The position numbers and the translations under genes were made by a program. Shown here piece by piece: positions 23,705-37,188 of a DNA stretch of 64,000 bases. Source of the stretch: Blasia pusilla (lineage: Eukaryota); assembly GCA_050084515.1 (NCBI GenBank), contig CM114271.1, forward strand, positions 13,888,001 through 13,952,000, given 5' to 3'. The first letter of the stretch is position 1. Each line of letters opens with the position of its first letter. The notes under the pieces are model-generated. The model was not told the origin of the DNA. It saw only the letters and a list, made by a program, of their open reading frames with translations, and searched no databases.

Positions 23705-24670
23705 TCACGATCTCATACGATGCTGCTCAGCCACTCCCAAGATGAGGATCCATGTCAAGCAGTTCAAGTCCATCGCCTGATCGAAGACATGGCGTCGTGA
23801 TGCCTCTAACACTAATGGTACTGCCGTCACTCTTGTGGGAAATCCCATCGCTTGCTCTCTCTCGTCGGCGTTGGGCTCCACCAACCGCTGAACATAGTCA
23901 TCCCAAACCAAGCCAGGACCGGCCTCCTTGTATGCATAGGAAGTGGGAAAACTCACAAACGTGGGCAAGGCTGCTCGCTGCCTATCTACTGTGTTGACCA
24001 CAATCAACGGTGGTCAATCATCGTGCCTCACTGCCTGTGATCGACAACCTGGATCCAGAATGGAATCCACTAACAAATGGGAGGGGCGCTCCACTCTCGC
24101 ATACGCCCTCCATAACACCGCATGGGGCACCAAGTTGGTCCACCATAGACGCGGGCGATGGGCTCTAGAACCTACACTCGCCGCATCCAAGAACACTGCT
24201 GGGCCGATCCAGGCACGCACCTGATGAGCACTCGTCACCACCCGTGACCTGGAGTCTCCTAAGATCGGCACATTCTCCAGAATGTAGGCTGGACAATGAG
24301 ACTGGTGCTCATGCAACTACCGTAACACCCTCAACATCTCCCAAAACAACCTGGACCGAGTGTCAGCCAACCCGCTGCCTCGTCCAACACTCGATTGGCC
24401 CTGACATGGCCAACCGGCAATGACCAAATCAATGGTCCCTACCCGGTCTAAGTCCTGCGCCCCCAACAACAAAATATTCCTTGGTAGGGAACTCTGGTAC
24501 CCTTGTACTGCGGACGCAGACAATTGCGCCACATGTCGTAGTGAGATGCGCCTCACAACATCATCACTCTCCACATACAGTAACTGCTGTACTCGCACTC
24601 CTGCCTGCAAAACAACAGCTAACCCGGTGCTAATCCCTCCAAAGAGATCTAACACTCAAATACCCTCCTC
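23705..24670 (-). pseudogene. C5 cytosine methyltransferase domain (DNMT3-like) inside the polyprotein, copy 2
   Basis: Motif I LDLFGG, II YVESD, IV IAGWPCQG (catalytic PC), VI ILENV, VIII AHRPRLWWTN, IX EREQAMGFP, X-like DQAMD, in canonical order. Two internal single-codon stops in one frame. Confidence 0.92.
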
Positions 24671-25090
24671 CGGGGTTCACCACACAATGGGTGTGGTATC
24701 CAAGGGTGTCATCGTAGCACTCCTTGCTACCTCGGATTCCTCAGACCCGTCACGCTCTAGTGCAAACGCCTCGTTCCACGCGGTCTGCACGTACTCATCT
24801 GCTAATCGTTGAAGCTCCTCAGTCGAGCCCCACAGCGGCACCTCTCCTCCACGGAATGATGCAGCTACCATAACACTCCTCTTCATAGAAATGTCAGGAA
24901 CGGGAAAATCCTTTGCATGGACATGTCCCTCAATCAAATCACTAGGCCAAGTGATGGCACTGCTAAATGCTGCTAAGGTCGCCATCTCTCCTGGCCGTTG
25001 CTCGATCACTGCACCTGTGAATCGAACGGGTAATGAGCTAAGTTGCCCATCACCTGACTACCATCCAGGTCTGTAGGACGCTGATTCCTC

Positions 25091-25513
25091 CTAGTAATCC
25101 ATGGAAAACCCCATCGGGTATAACACTACTCCACCAACCAAGACGTCGTAGGACTCTATATCAGTCACTATCGCCTTGGCGCGCACCACGGACTCATCTG
25201 TAGGATGTCCCGGGCGAATCCTCACCACGACCTCATGCCGGGTGATATACTGTGTGGTACTCGCTCCACCCAAGGATGTCTGTATCCGGAATGGACAACG
25301 CTCCACATCGGCTCTCGTCAAGCCCAATCCTCTGAATGACACTTTCCCCAACATCAGGGGTTGCGCTCCTGAATCCAACAAGACGCACTGCGGACTAAAA
25401 GCTCTACCTCCAAGACTCACCAACTGGAAGACCTCTCCTCGGTTATCCAACAACACAACACCAGGAGAAGCCATGGCACGCTCTATCGCGGGTCTAGCGG
25501 GCATCTCCGCCAT
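25091..25513 (-). pseudogene. Retropepsin aspartic protease, copy 2
   Basis: VLLDSGAQ active-site motif and YDVLVG C-terminal motif. Confidence 0.85.
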
Positions 25514-25849
25514 CCTAGCAGCCGCAGCCTACCATAAATCTGACGTGGACGGCCTGAGCATCCGCTCCAAGGGCAGGTCCATCACCTCCTCTGCAATCAC
25601 CTCTGAACGTGATGCAGGAAATCCAACTCTGTGCTCACATAGTGAAGCGGCCAGCAAAAAAGCCTCGGCGGGCGTACCCCCCAACGTCATAACATCGGAA
25701 GCGGAAAATAAAGGAGTGCGGTACACAACGGAGGCCACCCCCAACAACGTGCTCGACACATGCCCCTCCTGAGCATCAACAATAGGAGTCGTTGCACTCG
25801 CTTCTCCCATCGCCCTCCGTGCCTGCACACCAACAACATCACCAACTCT

Positions 25850-27532
25850 CTAGGAACTTTGATGAGGACCCATCGATGGGGTCTCATCGCCGGACAACGT
25901 GAAAGACTGAGGAAGCCTAGTCTGTCTTCTGGCTTCCCCTCGTTGTGGATCCAACTCTGCGGCTGCTCCATGCGTCACAACTGCAGCAGCCTCCATGTGG
26001 GCAACCCCGCACATCCATCCAGGATCCTCCAGATCTCTGGCTGCTCCATATGATGTCGATGCCACGGATCTGGCATCGGGTAACCTCAATGCCATAGCGG
26101 CAATCTGCTCCTATAGCTGCTGTATCTGAGCAGCCATCCCAGCCTCACGTCCGGCGTCTCCCTCGGTGCATCTAGGTGGTGGTACTCTACCTCCTCCACG
26201 GGCAGCTCCACCACCCTGTCGGGCAACTCCAGCTCCTCGTCCCCCAATGGGATCACCTGGTGCACAATCTCTAGGCCCACCCGGACCGGCTACTCGCTCT
26301 GGTGCCCTCTCTGGCCCTCGGTCCGGACGTAACTCAAGATGTAAACTGAAACACCTGGCGCGTGTATGACCATACCTGTGACAATAGTCACACAGATAAC
26401 CTCCTGGTGCAGCACCATCTCCTCCTCCATGTTGAGGCACACGTCCATGACCCTGAGGAGTGCAATCGCGCTGATGATGGGCTCCACCACATGACCAACA
26501 AGTAATAGTAGGCGGCTGCTGTTGAGCCGCATATGAAGGCGCAGGTCTCTATGGCACGGCCTCTCGATATCCTCCCTGAGCTCGTGGTGCCACAGTCGAC
26601 CTATCTCGGAGTCCACGTTGCTACACAGGTGGTGCAGACAATCGTGACTGCTCTCGCCCAGAACCCATGGTGGCTACGCTCTCCTCCGCCATGTTGCGCT
26701 CAATGTTCTCAGCGGTCCTAAAAACATCTCTCAACCTAGGGGAGGTGTTCATAAGAAGCACCCCCTCCCGCACCCGTATGCGCAGGGTCCGGTCCAACAT
26801 CGGATACCATGACTGGATAGCCTGAGCCTCTGTCACCCCCTGAGTGACGTTGATCAACCGGCGCAAGCAAGTGTAAGCCTCACGCAAACTCTCACCCGGG
26901 CGCCTGTGGAAGTCGTGGATGGTCCGCAACTTCTCCGTCCATACCCCCTAGTAGCTCGCCCTCAACTCAGCAAAGAACTCAACCACAGGGTTGAACCTGG
27001 GACGAACCTGACTAGACGGTGCAACTGCTCCCGTGCGAGTGACCCCTCCTAAAACGTCACTAGTGGAAGAGGCAGTAGCCTCTCGTGACTCCTCCTCCTC
27101 ATCTGGGAACGGCTCCGTCCATGACACATAATGTGGGTCATAGTAGAGCCTCCACGCCTCGATCTCACATGCATATCTCTGAGAGAACTCATGGTAATCG
27201 TCCATGGGCGCCCCCTCTAAATTCTGGAACATATCGTTCCATGCTGTAAACGGGTTGAACTCTCTAGAGTTTCTGGCCCGCTGGAAGTCGCACCAACTCC
27301 TAAAATCTGCTATAAAATTGTGCAACTCAATTGTGCCTACTGCACCTGAAAACCTACGCGGTCCTCTACCCCGGTCGTCCATCTTGTACGCCCAACTGGT
27401 AGGACCACTCACAATGTGTGGCGATGTGCTCACAAACTCCTCTACACCCTCCCCCTTGTCTGACGATGACACAGAAGGAGGTCGAGATGGTCCCTCACGT
27501 GGAGACCCTCGGAACCTCGCGCCACTCCGCAT
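25850..27532 (-). pseudogene. Gag with CCHC zinc knuckle, copy 2
   Basis: Retrotransposon-gag-like FHRRPGESLREAY motif and CDYCHRYGHTRARC knuckle. Broken by stops. Confidence 0.85.
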
Positions 27533-29161
27533 AAAACCTCTAGAGCTACTCTCGGGTTCACCACCTCGCCTCTCAAAGTCCCGAACGGACTCCGTGATGA
27601 CCCTCGTGCCCCTCTCACCCGATCACTCTGAACCTCGTGAGTAATCCCTCAATCACTCATCCCAAACATGCGGCACTCGATCTACACTCTCTCTCCACGA
27701 GACGTGTAACGTGCGGCAACACGCGGCGTGGTGCGGCAAATCGACCATGCTATCATCTCATCGACAACCTACCCTCAACTTCGGACATCCCACACATGTC
27801 TATGTCCCCTAAACCACATACATAAATGATGCTCTCAACATCCACACACCCAATATCCCCAAAAAAACTACCCAAATCCCAGAATCCCTCACACGTGCAG
27901 GGTAAAGGACCAGAATGGGTAACCTGAACACATGTCGATGTCGCTCCTCAGCAACTGCAAATCTCGACCCCAACTCGATCGTGGAGACAACTCCTCCAAT
28001 CATCAAGTCATACTCCTCCCGTATTGACGCTGCTCAAAACTCCTCGATAGACAGTGCGGTCCCAACGGAACGGTGTGGCGTTGCAGGCGCCACGGAACGG
28101 CTACGAACGGCACGGCCCTCTTGCAAAACTGCCATTGCTAGGCGATTTTTAGGGTTAAATTGTTCAAACCCTAAACCAGCCGCCACGCCGGCGGCGGCAT
28201 TTGCTGTCATAGTCACCGTGGTCCGCCGTCGACGGTCAACCATCACCATCACCGCCGGTCAAGCGGTCACCGTCGGCCGTAACGGTCCACCGTCCATTGT
28301 CCACCCTTTGGGTGCCATTGCCGCCATTACGGAGTGGAGGGTCTTCCACGACGTTTGTTGATTCCTTGACTTGCGTCGCCACCACGTACTTTGTTTTGGC
28401 CGCCACCGTCATCGCAGTTTTGTCATCAACCAGTGATGGCAGATGACCTCTGGTTATGGTGTTTGAGTTTTGATTTCATGCTGCTATGTTGTGATTGGTA
28501 GCCGTTCGACGACGATCGAGTATCGTGTCGTGATGCCCGTAGCCGCCGTGCCGCTCGTGGCCGCACCGCACCGTCTCGATCGCGGAGCCGCACCGTCATT
28601 GTGGAGCAGAGTGTGGGTTTATTGTTGATTGAGGAGGGTATGCCGCCAACTGCCGCATCCCACCATAACTTTTTTTCTCGCAATTCCAAATTGCGCAGTG
28701 TTTGTTGCACAACATGCAGAGCTTCACGATCTACGACAGCATCAAAAAATATTTAGAATTGGACATTCTAGTAAAAACTGACGGGGACTGTCGTAAAGCC
28801 CAATGTCTCTTTCTCCTACACAAAATTTGGCAGCGCTTCCGCGCTGATTTCTCCCAACGAAAATGTAAAACCTGTAAAAATACAAATGAGCAAGCTACAT
28901 GGTGCTCCCGAGAGCACCGGCATGGGGCAACCCGCCCCCATACTCAATCCCTATAAAAAATTGGGCAGCATTTCCGCGCGCCACTCTTCCACAAAAAAAA
29001 TCGGCAAATGCAAAGAACAATCAAAGCAGCCCTTGCTCCGGTGAGCACTCCCATGAGTCGCTGAACGGGGAACACGGTCCCCAACCTGAAAAAACAGCGA
29101 GTGACTAGCGATCTCCCCCATGAAGCTCTCTCACTCTCTCATTCTCTCATTCTCTCTTTGT

Positions 29162-29674
29162 AACGTAAGATCCAATCTCTCTCTCCACCATCTCACACCA
29201 TAGCTCTCAAAGGTGTGCACTCTCTCTCATGTCAAACCAAACCCACTCTCCTAATGAGAGGCTTGGGTTACACTCACAAGGCAAGGTACCATAGATCCGC
29301 CGCCTCATGCCAAGAGGTTCAACAAAGAAATAATGAGCTCTCAAGCTCTCTCTCCTTGAGGTATACCCCTCCCCTCTCCCAAGCTCTCTCCATGCTAACC
29401 TATTCTCCCAAGTCACCTCCTTGGCTCTTGACCTGATGTAGGAGGTCAAGGGCCACTTACCAAAAATAAAAAGTCGATCACATACTCAAAATGGTACTTA
29501 CCTAAAATAGTAAGTTCCTTAATGTGGCTCCAAATGAGCCGAAACGAAGGGGAAACCTGCTCTCTCAGGTTTCTCGGGGCCTCAGCAGGTCATCCGCGAC
29601 CTACTGAGCATGTCCTCCACTACTCACGAAGGCGATCTATTAGATCTCACCGATCTATCCTAAAAGACGTGACA
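29162..29674 (-). repeat. Repeat A1 (left terminus, 513 bp)
   Basis: Matches 18921-19433 and, in opposite orientation, 38995-39508. Not adjoined by a B repeat. Confidence 0.95.
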
Positions 29675-29678
29675 TCCA

Positions 29679-30100
29679 TGCTGCGCTTCGAATTCAACTT
29701 TAACCCTCTCCATTCTTTCTCCTGTAGGCCACCTCAGTGCCCCATGAGCGACTTGTACGAGTGCGTTGATGACTCTACCAACAATGCGCACTGTAGTAGA
29801 CTTTCTGATGCCAAAGAGCTCACCAATTCCTAATATTTGATCCCCTGTACCAAGACGGCGTAAAGTGATAGCAACTTGCCTAACGACACTCAACAATCTA
29901 TTAGGTAAGGAACGTAATGATCATGGAGGTTTTGTGAGATCTCCTTAGTAGATCCCAAATGAAGTCAAATGTAGTCACACTTACACGGAAGAATTCTTTA
30001 AAATGTGCAAGATTTTCCCTACTCAAAATAATATGATCAATGGAGAGAATTGAAAGAAAATGGGCACATACACTACTAAAAACTTTTGCCACGATAAATG
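29679..30100 (-). pseudogene. Harbinger DDE transposase, 5' part
   Basis: FKEFFRVS..TFDFI and LSVVRQVAITLRRLGTG...GELFGI motifs. Removing 18793-29678 restores the in-frame sequence FEAQHGFLNYCGAIDGTH. Confidence 0.85.
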
Positions 30101-31107
30101 TGCACATCATTTGGAGAGATGAAAGAAAATAAGAAAAATGATGTGCGAATAGAATAAAAAAATGGAAAGATGAAAACAGAAGAGACAATAAGAGAGAATG
30201 TGTCGAAAGAGAAACGAGAGAATGAATTCGAGCGAAGAGAATGAGTCGAGAGAGGAGAGAAGGATGCTATTTCTAGCCTCAGTCTCTTTCCATTCTTAAT
30301 AGAGTCAGGAACAACTAACGAAAATTAGGGGAATAACAGAACTAGGGGAAGAACGTCCATGAGTAACTGGTTCAGTGTATTTAATTGTAACCGGACAGCA
30401 AGGAAAAAATGCCTTGCTGTGCGACAGGGTCTAAGCAACCTTCCGCCTGCGATCGGCCCAAGAGTGTGTCCATGGAACCCGCTCCTAAATGCCTTCAGAC
30501 TGAGCTAACGTGCTTAATAGTATGATAACACCAAATCTGAAATGAAAATAATTTCACTCCTTACCAGATGTATCCTCATGATTCTACCTGAGTACTCATT
30601 TCTTCAGTCCCACTTTACAGTGAGTGCAGAAAGGTCGTCGGTAAAAGATGTGTGACCTTCATAATGGCTACATCATGTTAGCAAATGAACGAGAAAATTC
30701 AGGATAGTAAACGCAACATGTGGGCAAGTGCACTAATCTCTTAAACAAGTGGGTAACGGTTACTTGACGTTGATAAAGTTAACATAGCGCCGATAACTCC
30801 TATATCATTTAATTAGCGCACCAAAAAATTTGGGAAGATAGTATTTTCAGAAAATTATCCAAAAGTCAAGTTAAACATGGATATATTTCTATACCACCTA
30901 TGTACGTATACAATAAGATTGAAAAAAATCCAGTATAATTTACCCCAACTTTTCACGACCATTGCCATCATGGTTGGACTGTCCTAAAGAATCTACAAAT
31001 GAAGGAATCATTAATATTTGAAACCCCCCTTATAGATACTTCATATAAATTTGGGACTCTCTACTTGGTAGAAATAGAAGTATCTTTGAAATTATATAAC
31101 TAAGATT

Positions 31108-31148
31108 CCCGTGTATTGCACGGGCTACAAAAGTGTTTAAAGAGCTAG
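31108..31148. mobile_element. Possible Helitron 3' end
   Basis: Hairpin CCCGTG-TATTG-CACGGG followed 20 nt later by CTAG|T. No 5' end or Rep/helicase sequence seen. Confidence 0.35.
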
Positions 31149-31599
31149 TGTATAGCATGTGAAGGGAAGAGATTAATGATGTTGCACATAAATTCAAATT
31201 TTTTTCTTGCTACCCGTAGCTTGTGAAACATTTTCTTACTGCCCAGTTGCCACATGTCAAACAGAGAGGTGTTTGCAAATTAAGAAGGCACTCTCCCATA
31301 ATAATATAGATTTATTAGATATATCTCCCTTTAGGCATGTGTCATGTTTCTTGAAGTGGAAGGAAAAATATCCACATAGCACTTTGGGGAAAAATTGAAG
31401 GTCAAGCCTATTTGGTCCTAGGTGACTCGTAAAAAATAGGGTAACTTGGAAGGGTTTCCCTTGGTTTGGGACCTTTCAAAACCTATCTAAGGAACTTGTT
31501 ATTTTGAATAGTTCCCTTTTGTTACAAAATTGAATTTCAATTTGCAGAATATTATCTTTCACCAATTTTTGAAAGTTTAGGGTTGAAAAGATGAAGTGC

Positions 31600-33370
31600 G
31601 TGTACAAGGGGAGTGATTTGATGAGAGTGAGGGTAAAGCTTAATGAGGGAGAGTTCAAGAGCTCATTCTCTCTTTGTTGAACCTCCTTTGCACAAGGGAG
31701 TGAAGCTATGATCATGATGCTTCTTACGGCTTCATTCAACTACAACTTTGTGTTTTTTCCTTCGTTTTGTATAATGTAGTGAGCTCAAAACTTGATAAAA
31801 GGGAGCATTATCGTTGAAGGTGACAACATGCGTGATAGTGTCTCCACGGATGCTACAAACTACACCTCAAGATTAGATTCATGATTCCCACAACTACAAG
31901 AGGATATCATGAGAAAGGACCACAACTAGTATAATCTTCCAATAGGAAGAAGGCATCAAGTTTGATTTGTTTAGGTGGACGTTATAGATGTGATGCACGA
32001 AAATCTTGCTAGTGAGATTGGAGATAGTAGGATAGAGGACATGTGGCATCCCATTGTGTATACCACATGGTTCAAGAAAGGTCATTATTGTCTTAGTGTT
32101 ATCATTTCCAAAGATATGGCTACGTACTCAAGAAATGCTTTGGACTTATCCCAAGTTGTTGCTAGATGGGGGTCAAACATTATGACTCGTCTTTTGTAGC
32201 ATATTGGCGAGTATTCATGGGTCAAGAATGACCTTATGATGTCAAGGATGACCTTACGAGGACTAGGGTAACTTGAGAGAGCAAATTTTCCCCTATTTAG
32301 ACTCATTTAAGGCCATATTGAGTTATTTACTATTTTGGGTAAACTTCTATTATGAGCATAGATGAATTTCCATTCTGATAAGTGGCCCTTCATCCCCTAT
32401 TGTAAGTTAAGAGCTAAGCTTGTGATCCGTGTGCACAAGTCATCAAGAAGAGAGTTTGGGAGAGCGAAGGGATATACCCAAGGAGATAGAGTTTGGGAGC
32501 TTATTCTCTCTTTGTTGAACCTCCTTTCCTCAGGAGGAGAAGCTATGGTCCTCCTTGCCTTGTGACTAACCCAATCCTCTCACCAAGACAATAGATTTAC
32601 TTTGCCATAAGAGAAACATGGAGAATATGTGAGAGATTTGATATGACACATAACAAAGAGAAAATGAGACTAAGAGCTCTATAATGTGGCACTTATAGAG
32701 TGGGAGCTTGTTGATATTTGGCAGGTTGAGGATCGTGTTTCCCATTATGCGGCTCATGGAAGTACTTGCCAGAGTAAAAGCCCATAGATTGTGCTCAATT
32801 TTGAAACAAAAGCACAATTACACAAAAATAGATATGGATGGACAAGTTTGGACATGCCACAAACATGGATCGCAAGAGATGGGGCCCATATGTATAATTC
32901 ATGATGGAAGGTAGGGCAAGGGTGGGCAGGGCAATAAGGTGGGGAAGAGTGGATGTGTAGGGAGGAAGAAACGGGAAAGCTAAGAAAAAAATAAGGTGAG
33001 AACGATGTCAAGGATGTCTACTTACTTAATCTATATCCCATTGCCAACCAAGACAACTATTGGTTCCTATCTCCTAGATGACCTCTCTATAAGTCATACT
33101 TGCGCAAACTCATCTTTATCGTATGAACAACTCACTCTAAGTCCATCCGCCCTAGGATGATCTTGTGAAGTGGTGTAGTGGTCAATCAAGGCGTGATCAC
33201 ATAAGGCTTAGAACTCTATATCCTAGGCTATCAACATAGCCGTTGGTGCACCATACTGAGCTATTATTATTGACTCAGCACTTGATCTAGGAATGAAAAT
33301 GCTCTTCCTTCACTTGCTTTTTCCTGCAATGCAACTAACTCTACCTACTTTGAGAAGTACTAGATCACTT
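31600..33370. mobile_element. Old fragments of the DNMT-Gypsy family: two A-repeat-like pieces (+) and an integrase piece (-)
   Basis: GAGCT(C/T)ATTCTCTCTTTGTTGAACCTC near 31660 and 32500 matches the A repeat. 33040-33370 aligns with the integrase core at 20390-20720. Confidence 0.65.
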
Positions 33371-33463
33371 TGCTTGATGAGACAAGTAGAGGATGACGCA
33401 AGCGCGAGATGCAGAGATCAGAAACTCAGCTTCAAGGGAAATCCCTGAAACACTCAAGAGAGT

Positions 33464-36400
33464 CACTAGAGGAAATCTTGGTTTTTATGACTCCAATAAA
33501 GGACTAGGTCGAGTCATTTTTCGTGGTAAATGACTAAGAATGACTCATGACTGTTAGAGTCATATAAACCAAGTCATTTACAGGAAATGACTGGGGCTAC
33601 CCGATCAGTCATTGATTTTTCAGTCGTTGATGTATGACTAATGTACCACGTTATTATGCCACATCTGCGTATGACATGGCATGAGGAATATATAATTTTC
33701 ACCAATGAACGACACGTGTCATAAATGACCTAGTCATAACTACACTTACATGACATGGCATGTTGAGGAGGATTTGAATAACAAATCACAAACGGCCTCG
33801 TGGCACAACACGAGAAAGGACATTGTCTTCATGCAATCATACAACGACACATGTAAATGGATGTTTGTAGTCATTTTGACAGGTGGTGGAAATGACTGTC
33901 ATAATCATTAACTGCATGAGTCATATTCTATGACTCAAGGTATCTTTGAATGGTATGACTCCAACTAAGCGAGTCATTCAAAATGACTATATGAGTCGTA
34001 AAGTGATTGGTTGAGTCATGTATAAGTCTTGTTCTTACTGTTTGAGTCATGTACTAACCGATTGATTCATTTTAAATGATTGGGTGTTACTATCTCACTC
34101 ATGATAAATGACTGGAGACATGAGTCATTTAAATGACTACATTGGTATTGATGTCACTACAATAGCTATATTAACGACTATATAAGTCATATACAATTAC
34201 TGATATGGTTATTATTTGGATTGGCTTAGTCATACAAATGACTATGTTAGTTATTCTCAAGGGTCACACTACAATTATTGTGAGTGATTTTGTTTTCATG
34301 AGAAAACTAAAACTTTCTTTTTGCAACAGAGTACGTTGTGATATTATTAGTCTTTGTATTCTCTAAAATTTCCCAATTTCAGAAAGAGTGAGTCAGATGT
34401 TTAGGGTGCATTGATGTCTCTAAAATCCCCCAAACAACAGCAAGTGAGTGAGATGTTCAAGGTGCAGAAGTCACGAGCACAATGTTGGAGATGAAGGATG
34501 TGTAGATTCATAGCTATCCCGTGTACAATACAACCCAAACCTCAGGAGTCCTTACACATAAGAGTCACAATCTCCTCAATATGGAAAATATAAAAATAGA
34601 CATTGAATGAAAACAGTGCATATAAGGTAAAAAAATGGCTTGAAGAAGTTTTGATGCCATCTCCAACGCTCTGAAAGTTATCAAAATCAGGAAGTTATCA
34701 AAGTTAGAGTTCCTAATGAGCAAGCTTTTTAAGATTTAACTTTGGCCAAATGATACAAGTCCCTATTGCGTCTCCTAGTGTGAGTTGAGCAGGTTCGTCC
34801 ATTGTGTTTGGCTCCCATAGTTGGTAATCAGCTTGCGTTGTATCTTTCAGGTCGACCTTCACCAAACCCAGACTGATATCCTTCCCATGGAACTTGTCTC
34901 AGCCACTCAAGCCTGAGGCTACTCCGTGACCCAATATGTTTTTGCTGAGCTTTGGTTGCGTAAGGTGTACTTCATCTCCCAAGCGCAACTACACACGTAC
35001 CAATTCAAAACACTTGATTAGATGCCAACATAACAACATTAAAATAGTGGATTAACTATTATAACCACATTCATTATCTTGGTGAAGCTCCATCCACCTA
35101 TTGGTAACTTCCTTGAAAAGCCCACAAGCCTCACCTGGTTGGGCGCCAGAAAATGAGAATGGAAACACACATGCATGTATAGTGTTGTCACATATCCACG
35201 AAGAACACATCAACTTTACTTGCAAACTCGGGAAATCTTTAATATTTACCCTTTGTTTCTTGGTGCTCAAGACTTTTAAATCACACTCTGACACAATACC
35301 CACACTCCCAACCAACTCCATGGCTACCTTAACCTTCTTCTTCAATTTTGGTGAAGCCTGTATGTCCATTATTTCTTCACCTATAGAACAAACAGGATAT
35401 ACAAGAGTAAATTATGCCACTTATTCTCACAATCTCTACTTCTGTCCAAGTAGGTTTACATAATCTGTGCAATGTATATATCACAAAGAGAAAAGAAGTG
35501 AATATTTCATGGAATGAAATATGTAAGTGGTACAGAGATGCACCTTGGGAATTGGTAGCCGTCACTGACTTGGCTTTCTCATTGATGCTTGCATGAGGAT
35601 GATCAATCCTCTCCTTAATTACCTGCATAAATTGAGTTTCAATGAGAGTTCCTACCTCTAATTTTCAAGCCTCACTCATTAAAAGAGCTGAATCTAACAG
35701 CAAACAACTCACTCCCAATAGAAGTTTAGATTTCCACACTCAATAAGACTAGTAAAATGTCTCCAAATTAGGAGTCCAATTTCACGATAAGGGGAGTAAA
35801 AGCGTCTCAGGAGAAAAAATAGTATGATCCTGAAAGCCAACATTCATGTGCGGCTTTGTCTTTTTTTTTTAGGGGACTTCTTAACCTCTATACCAATTTG
35901 TGTGGTATTGAGGCTGCCAAGTTCATCTCGATTTTGTCCTAAACAAGCCACGTAAGTAATTAGATCATAAAGAGTGTTTGATACTAACTCAAAAAATCCA
36001 AAGAATTGTAAAAAAGAAAAGAAAAAGGAAGAACTAAGAAGTTGGACTTACTTTTGAGAGTTGATGGTTTGTGTATAAGTGCATCATCAATTGACACATT
36101 CGAGGTGGTTTCTTTCCCATTATCAGCCAATTTTGACATCATACGCATGAGAACATTTAACTTCTCTTCGAGAAGTTGATGACTTGCATGAATATCACTC
36201 CACTTATTTTCTTGCTCTCTTTGCCCGACCTCAATTTGTGATCTCATATCACACATACCTTTATCAAACTTTCTTTCCACCTCATTTAGGTGGGAAGTAA
36301 TATCGGATTCGACTCCCTATGAAGAAAATGTAAAATTTATCACAAAAATTTGCACAAAACTTACCTCCAAGACATCCTATCGAATGGACCAATTTACTAA

Positions 36401-37188
36401 GAAGCAAAATTAACTCACCATCTTTAAAAACATGGAATTACTTACCCGTGAAACTCCACTAAAATCTGTGGAGTTTGGGTGTGGTAATGGTACATCCTCT
36501 GCTATTGTACCATGAAGAGAAACATCTCTTTTTGGAGCCCCCTTAAATTCAGATCCCACATGATGTGTTAAAAAGCATTGGCAAAGTTAAAACTTCCTCA
36601 ATTGTGATAGGAAACATGCAAGCTTTAATAGGAGTACTTAAACAAATGCTTAGATTGATAAATATGCCCATTGAATGAAATATGGTCATTGCAAAGCTAA
36701 CTATGTACAAGTCACATGTCAGGTTCAGGGCTTACAGCAAAACCCTGTAAACCTTCCTGGCATGTGTAGTTCAAAGTCACAGCGTGTGACCTAGCCTTGG
36801 TAATTTGCTCGGCCTTAAATTTCCTAGATTCTAATATCCAATAGTCTACCGTTCGTTCCCACTCCACCGCCCTTGTTTCGGGGTGACAAGGGACGTCTCG
36901 ATGGCCCCCATTCTTTAGCTAGTAGGCCTTTAATGTAGACCTCTGGTTTTTAGGAGTGTGGCAATCTTTTTTCTTAAGAACTCAGAATCCAAAGCTGGTG
37001 CATCGACATAAATATAGGACTCATTTATATAGTTGGTGACCATGGCCATACTTATTGGATCTTGTCTACTTATCTCCATGCATGACAAGTCAAGATAACG
37101 CATGACACGTACATTCAGATCACTCAACCAAGGATCATAACCATGTACCTTGGTTTTTGGATACCCATTTGGCATTAACTGGAAACGG
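33464..37188 (-). mobile_element. CACTA (En/Spm) element end with a decayed spliced ORF, truncated at 37189
   Basis: CACTAGAGGAAA terminus at 33464, then about 800 bp dense in ATGACT/AGTCAT subterminal repeats. Minus-strand exon-like ORFs at 35052-35369, 35984-36280 and 36930-37175. Confidence 0.65.

Larger units (their letters stand above)
18793..29674 (-). mobile_element. DNMT-Gypsy copy 2, end to end (10.9 kb), with split direct repeats
   Basis: Sense termini TGTCACG...CACGACA. 4-bp TSD TCCA (18789-18792, 29675-29678). Domain order gag-PR-MTase-RT-INT-PHD; RNase H deleted. Confidence 0.95.
16881..30485 (-). mobile_element. PIF/Harbinger DNA transposon interrupted by DNMT-Gypsy copy 2
   Basis: Contains a split Harbinger transposase plus a convergent second ORF. 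Candidate degenerate TIRs GCGCCCGGTCCTATG / CATGGAACCCGCTCC (9/15 match), each flanked by TAA (16878-16880, 30486-30488). The element call is strong; the ends are tentative. Confidence 0.55.

Noticed and set aside
23705-24670. Host DNMT3 gene or bacterial restriction-modification MTase
   Set aside because: Intronless, embedded between protease and RT, and repeated at the same position in several copies; no nuclease partner.
18921-29674. Ordinary LTR pair 18921-19433 / 29162-29674
   Set aside because: No TSD or TG...CA end at 18921. The TSD and the restored host frame put the boundary at 18793, including B2.
18793-29674. DIRS/Ngaro tyrosine-recombinase element
   Set aside because: No tyrosine recombinase motifs seen. 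It has a protease, an HHCC/DDE integrase and a TSD.
33480-34300. CRISPR-like or regulatory array of ATGACT/AGTCAT motifs
   Set aside because: Short, irregularly spaced and in both orientations next to a CACTA terminus; these are subterminal repeats.
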